Below, piece after piece: positions 60,321 to 64,000 of a stretch of DNA of 64,000 nucleotides; the stretch's first letter is position 1, and the number at the start of each line of letters is the position of its first letter. The stretch lies in the NCBI GenBank assembly GCA_023920165.1, contig CP089275.1:124001-188000 (forward strand), read 5' to 3'. This stretch comes from Curvularia clavata (Eukaryota). Below the pieces are notes generated by a model. It made no database searches and was not told the DNA's origin. It saw only the letters and a list, made by a program, of their open reading frames with translations. Made by a program: the position numbers and the translations under genes.

Positions 60321-63112
60321 GATGAGTGTGGTGGAAAGGGGGCGATAGAATTCATCTTGGAATAGGCATGGGCTGAAGAAAGGGTGTGGTATTTCGGACG
60401 ATTGCAGAATTAACATATTGCTGCGGTTATGTAGGTCGTGCGATCCGGAAGAAAAATTATATAGGTTAGCTAGTTACACAATATTAAGAAAAAAAAAACA
60501 TCATGAATTAAATTCACTGTTATGTCTGATAAGACAAACACGCGTCATTCGATTGCTTCAGCCATGCTACATTTTTTCATGTCGTCGTCGATTTCAATAC
60601 GGACTGTTTGCATTTGGAATCTATGAATCAACCAAAATGTTTTGAAAACGATGCGAAATGACACATGCTAGATTTCTGTCTAAAAATTGAAAGAACTCTA
60701 TCACCTAATTGATTCAATTGTTTATATCATTACTGTTATTGGTTAAGTCTACAGCAAAATTACAGTCTATCCCTCTATGTCACAAATCTGCTAGGCAATA
60801 AGAGTGATAACAAAGTCCCCGTCAAATATACTAGGGAATATGATAGCGAGGAATGGCACTGACCTAAGTAGCTCTTGGTTAAATTTAGTTCTTCCTTCGT
60901 ATTCTGTCTTAACCTATGTACCAATTTGAGCAAATGCAAGAGCCCGTATTACGTCGCCTGATGATTCGTATTCGTTTTCTCTTGACGAATAGATGTATTC
61001 ACAACAACACAGGAGACCAGCCTCTAGAAGAAATGAAAACATCAAATACGGTGACTTCTCTACGTACAATCATCAAGCTTCAATGCTGACTACCGGGGTC
61101 AGGAAATTCGGTCATCATGCTCCTTCTCCGGCAGTGCTCAGCAGCAGTTCACGTGAACATGTACTTGGTAAGATTAGAGGGGAGCCGTTGGATCGGGAGC
61201 ATCCGCATGTGGGTTCCGGTAAGCGGTTACGTATGCAAAGAGGCAGAGGATTGTTTTCTTCTTTCGGAACCAACAGTAGCCAGTTTGCTTCTTCTTTCTC
61301 ATAGGTAGGAAGGGGCGTGGACAAGGCGGGGAGAGTTAGAAAGAGCAGGGCAGGGCTGGCCGGCAGTAAGCGTGTCGGACGGGAAATGTGAAACTTGGGA
61401 TGCCGTAGAGGGAATGATGACATTGAGTGCAGATGATAGGACCGAAGGCTAGATTGTGTAAGACGGGCAGTTAGCAGAGCAAAGAGCCGAATACGGGAAG
61501 AAGACAAGAATGGTTGAGGGGCGTCTGTGGAATGTTCAGAAGTTCTCTAGAAGGCGGCGCATGAAGAGAGGTGTTGATGGGACCCATGGCGCCCCACCCA
61601 TGGGCGTGACAGCGATACAGAACATGTTTCGAGGGCGGCAGAGACTGGGTAGAAACAACCGCACCGAGGGAAGGGGGGCCTGTGGCTTGTGGGTCTGACA
61701 GGAAACAATAAGTGAGCCGCCATGGACTAGAAGAGATGAGGCCATGTGTTGTCAATAGTGGTACTAGGCATTTGCATGTCTGGCGCCAGGCCAGGATAGC
61801 TGCACCTATGCCAAAAGTAGAGGAGAAAAGGCGTCGACGAATAGCATGAAGGTTATGAGGAGGAGAGTGAGAGGCGCATGCCCAGCCTCTGTCCTGGCTG
61901 GGGTCGTCGAGCAGCCGAAGCCTTCATTTCGGCATGACACGAATGACGCTGATCGCTTGGCCATGAGGACAAGAAAACCAATATCGCCCAACCTTCCCAC
62001 TGGCCCATTGAGTCTGACGTTGATTTCCAACGGTGCCGGTGCCGGTACGACTGTGTTGCCGGCAGCCACGCAGCCCTGGAACTACCTGGCGACGCGCAGG
62101 CCAGGCCACTCAGTCGCATGAAGTACATTGTATGTACTCTTTCTGGGTGTTGACAAGTCCAAGGTTTGGCCTAGAAGAGGCGGACAGGTTTGGTGTTTGC
62201 GATGGGCGGTCCCAGGTTGGTGCCTCGCCCGGTTGTGTGGGACATGAATCAGCCCCTGTCTGTGCAGGCCCGGTCCATGGCACCAGTTCGGTTGCTAGCA
62301 CCGGCTGGTGCCAAATGGTCGCGTTGCTGTTGGTGTTTTTGCTGCTGGAGGAGGAGTACACTGTAGTCCAAGACATTGTACATTGTACAGATGAAGGGAC
62401 AGAAAAGCAAACCATGCAGCACGTTGCAATGTAACGCTCTTGACACGGACACGAAAAAGTAAGGCAGGCACGACTGGCACGTCTGGCAGGGTCCTGGCCG
62501 CTCGCACCTTCCGAGCGCCCACAGCCGCCACGCTTCATGCGGCTTCCCTTTTGGGATGCTTGGCGAGTATTGGATCCGGACAACACCAACACCACAACGG
62601 CTTTGTTGCTACACGGTACTTCTCCTGTCTGCATTTGGATCGTCTCTCGACCCGTATTGTCCAACGCGCCCCTCACCCCGTGACGGATCGACAAAACCGT
62701 CCTTGCCCGCATGCGCATAAACGTTTCGTGCGCTCCCGGCCACGGTCAATACGCTTGTCTGGATGCAGAACCTCAGGCCGACGGATTGGCCGCTGGGGGA
62801 GTCAAGATCTGCGACTGCACGCGAGAGAGGAGCATGTCCAGACTGGCGCCTCTTTTGTCGCAGTATCAACCGTCAGTCCTGTCGCCCGCTGGGGTGCCGG
62901 ACTTGCTTATCCCTCACTAGTGCTGTTTGACCACACACAGCCAACCGCCTGCACGACAGACAGGGCCTGCTAATTAACCCGCAAAAGAGCAATCCAATCT
63001 GCAGCCCAGCCCATAATAATAATATATGTACGCTCGCACTATACACGGCACACATGCACAACAAGTGCACAATGCCCGCCCGCCTGCGCGTCTGATAACT
63101 TACCACACTTCT

Positions 63113-63138
63113 CACAACACAACACAACACAACACACC
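63113..63138. repeat. (CACAA)n short tandem repeat
   Basis: cacaacacaacacaacacaacacacc. Confidence 0.7.
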
Positions 63139-64000
63139 ACAGCACACCAACCATCACCTCACTTACTCGTACACATAGCTCAGCAGCGTGCGACGCGACC
63201 AGGCGGCGCAGCACTACGCCCGCTCCAGCAAGCGGCGATATATTTGGCCGCTATCGAAAATCAAATGCACCCGCCCGGCGCTGCGTGAACCCTGTCTCCC
63301 CCCCACTAGTCACGAGCAGCGCCCGTCCTTGGTTCTCCTGCAGGGAGCTCCGCCCTAGCCTGCAGCCGTCGTTTTGGCTTTGGCCTCGACGCCTCGCCCA
63401 TTTGCCCTGTTGCTGACGCCGGCACTCTACACTGGCCGCGGCCTTCTTCTTCTCACCTTTCTTCCTTCTCTGCCCTACCCCCCAAGCCGACTCTTCCCTT
63501 CACCTCAGCCGACAAGCACCAGCGGGCCTCTCTCATCTACCGACCTTGCGCAACCCCCAAGCCAAGTCGCCCGTTGCTTCAACCCTCCCCCGTGGCACCC
63601 CTTTGACAAGCCTTCGCCCATCTCGCCCACGCGCCCTCTTACGCTCCCTCTCACCACCACTCTCCCTCGTCCGCCTACGATTCTCCGAATCACAAACGCT
63701 CCTTTGAATCGCTCCGTAATTCGCACTTTGCTCCTCGCAGCCCTCGCCGTCGTTCCTTTTTTGCCATCGCAACGCTCCAGACACAAACCGCCCTCCGCGC
63801 CCCGCTGGACCCAGTCACGACGCGCAAGCCTCCCCGTTAGCCAGGAACAAAGCAACTCCACCCGGTCGCACCCTCGCCTCCGCTCGCCATCTCTCTGCGC
63901 TGCCGTCATTGTTCGAGAGCGCACTGTGGATTCCGTGCCCCGGTCAATCGTCGCAACGTTTTTTTCCTCCCGCTGCACGAGTGCTTTCTGGTTGACATCC

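Noticed and set aside
60993..64000. Many short ORFs at the right end
   Set aside because: Low-complexity, promoter/5'UTR-like sequence, probably belonging to a gene beyond the window.

Overview
Intron-containing filamentous-ascomycete DNA; Pleosporales/Dothideomycete-like is my inference from gene content. About 16 intact or near-intact genes. Left third (accessory-like): a Zn2Cys6 transcription factor cut by the window edge, a GPI-anchored Cys-repeat protein, a 7TM protein, three pseudogenes with RIP-like stop codons (DUF6536-type membrane protein, AflS/MdpA-like coactivator, an unnamed fungal family), an intron-joined Cys-rich/multipass membrane gene, an MFS transporter, a divergent alpha-1,3-glucan synthase and a secreted FAD oxidase. 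Remainder: mitochondrial Lon protease, an atypical protein kinase, a secreted repetitive protein, a HET/GNAT divergent pair, a DUF1212 (Prm10-like) gene, a Yap-type bZIP fragmented in the ORF track, a small secreted Cys protein and a lipocalin-like protein. A hairpin-rich non-coding block lies at about 55.6-57.0 kb. No tRNA, rRNA, CRISPR array or intact transposon was recognised. Family assignments come from motif recognition by eye, not database searches, and no wholly new system is established from sequence alone.
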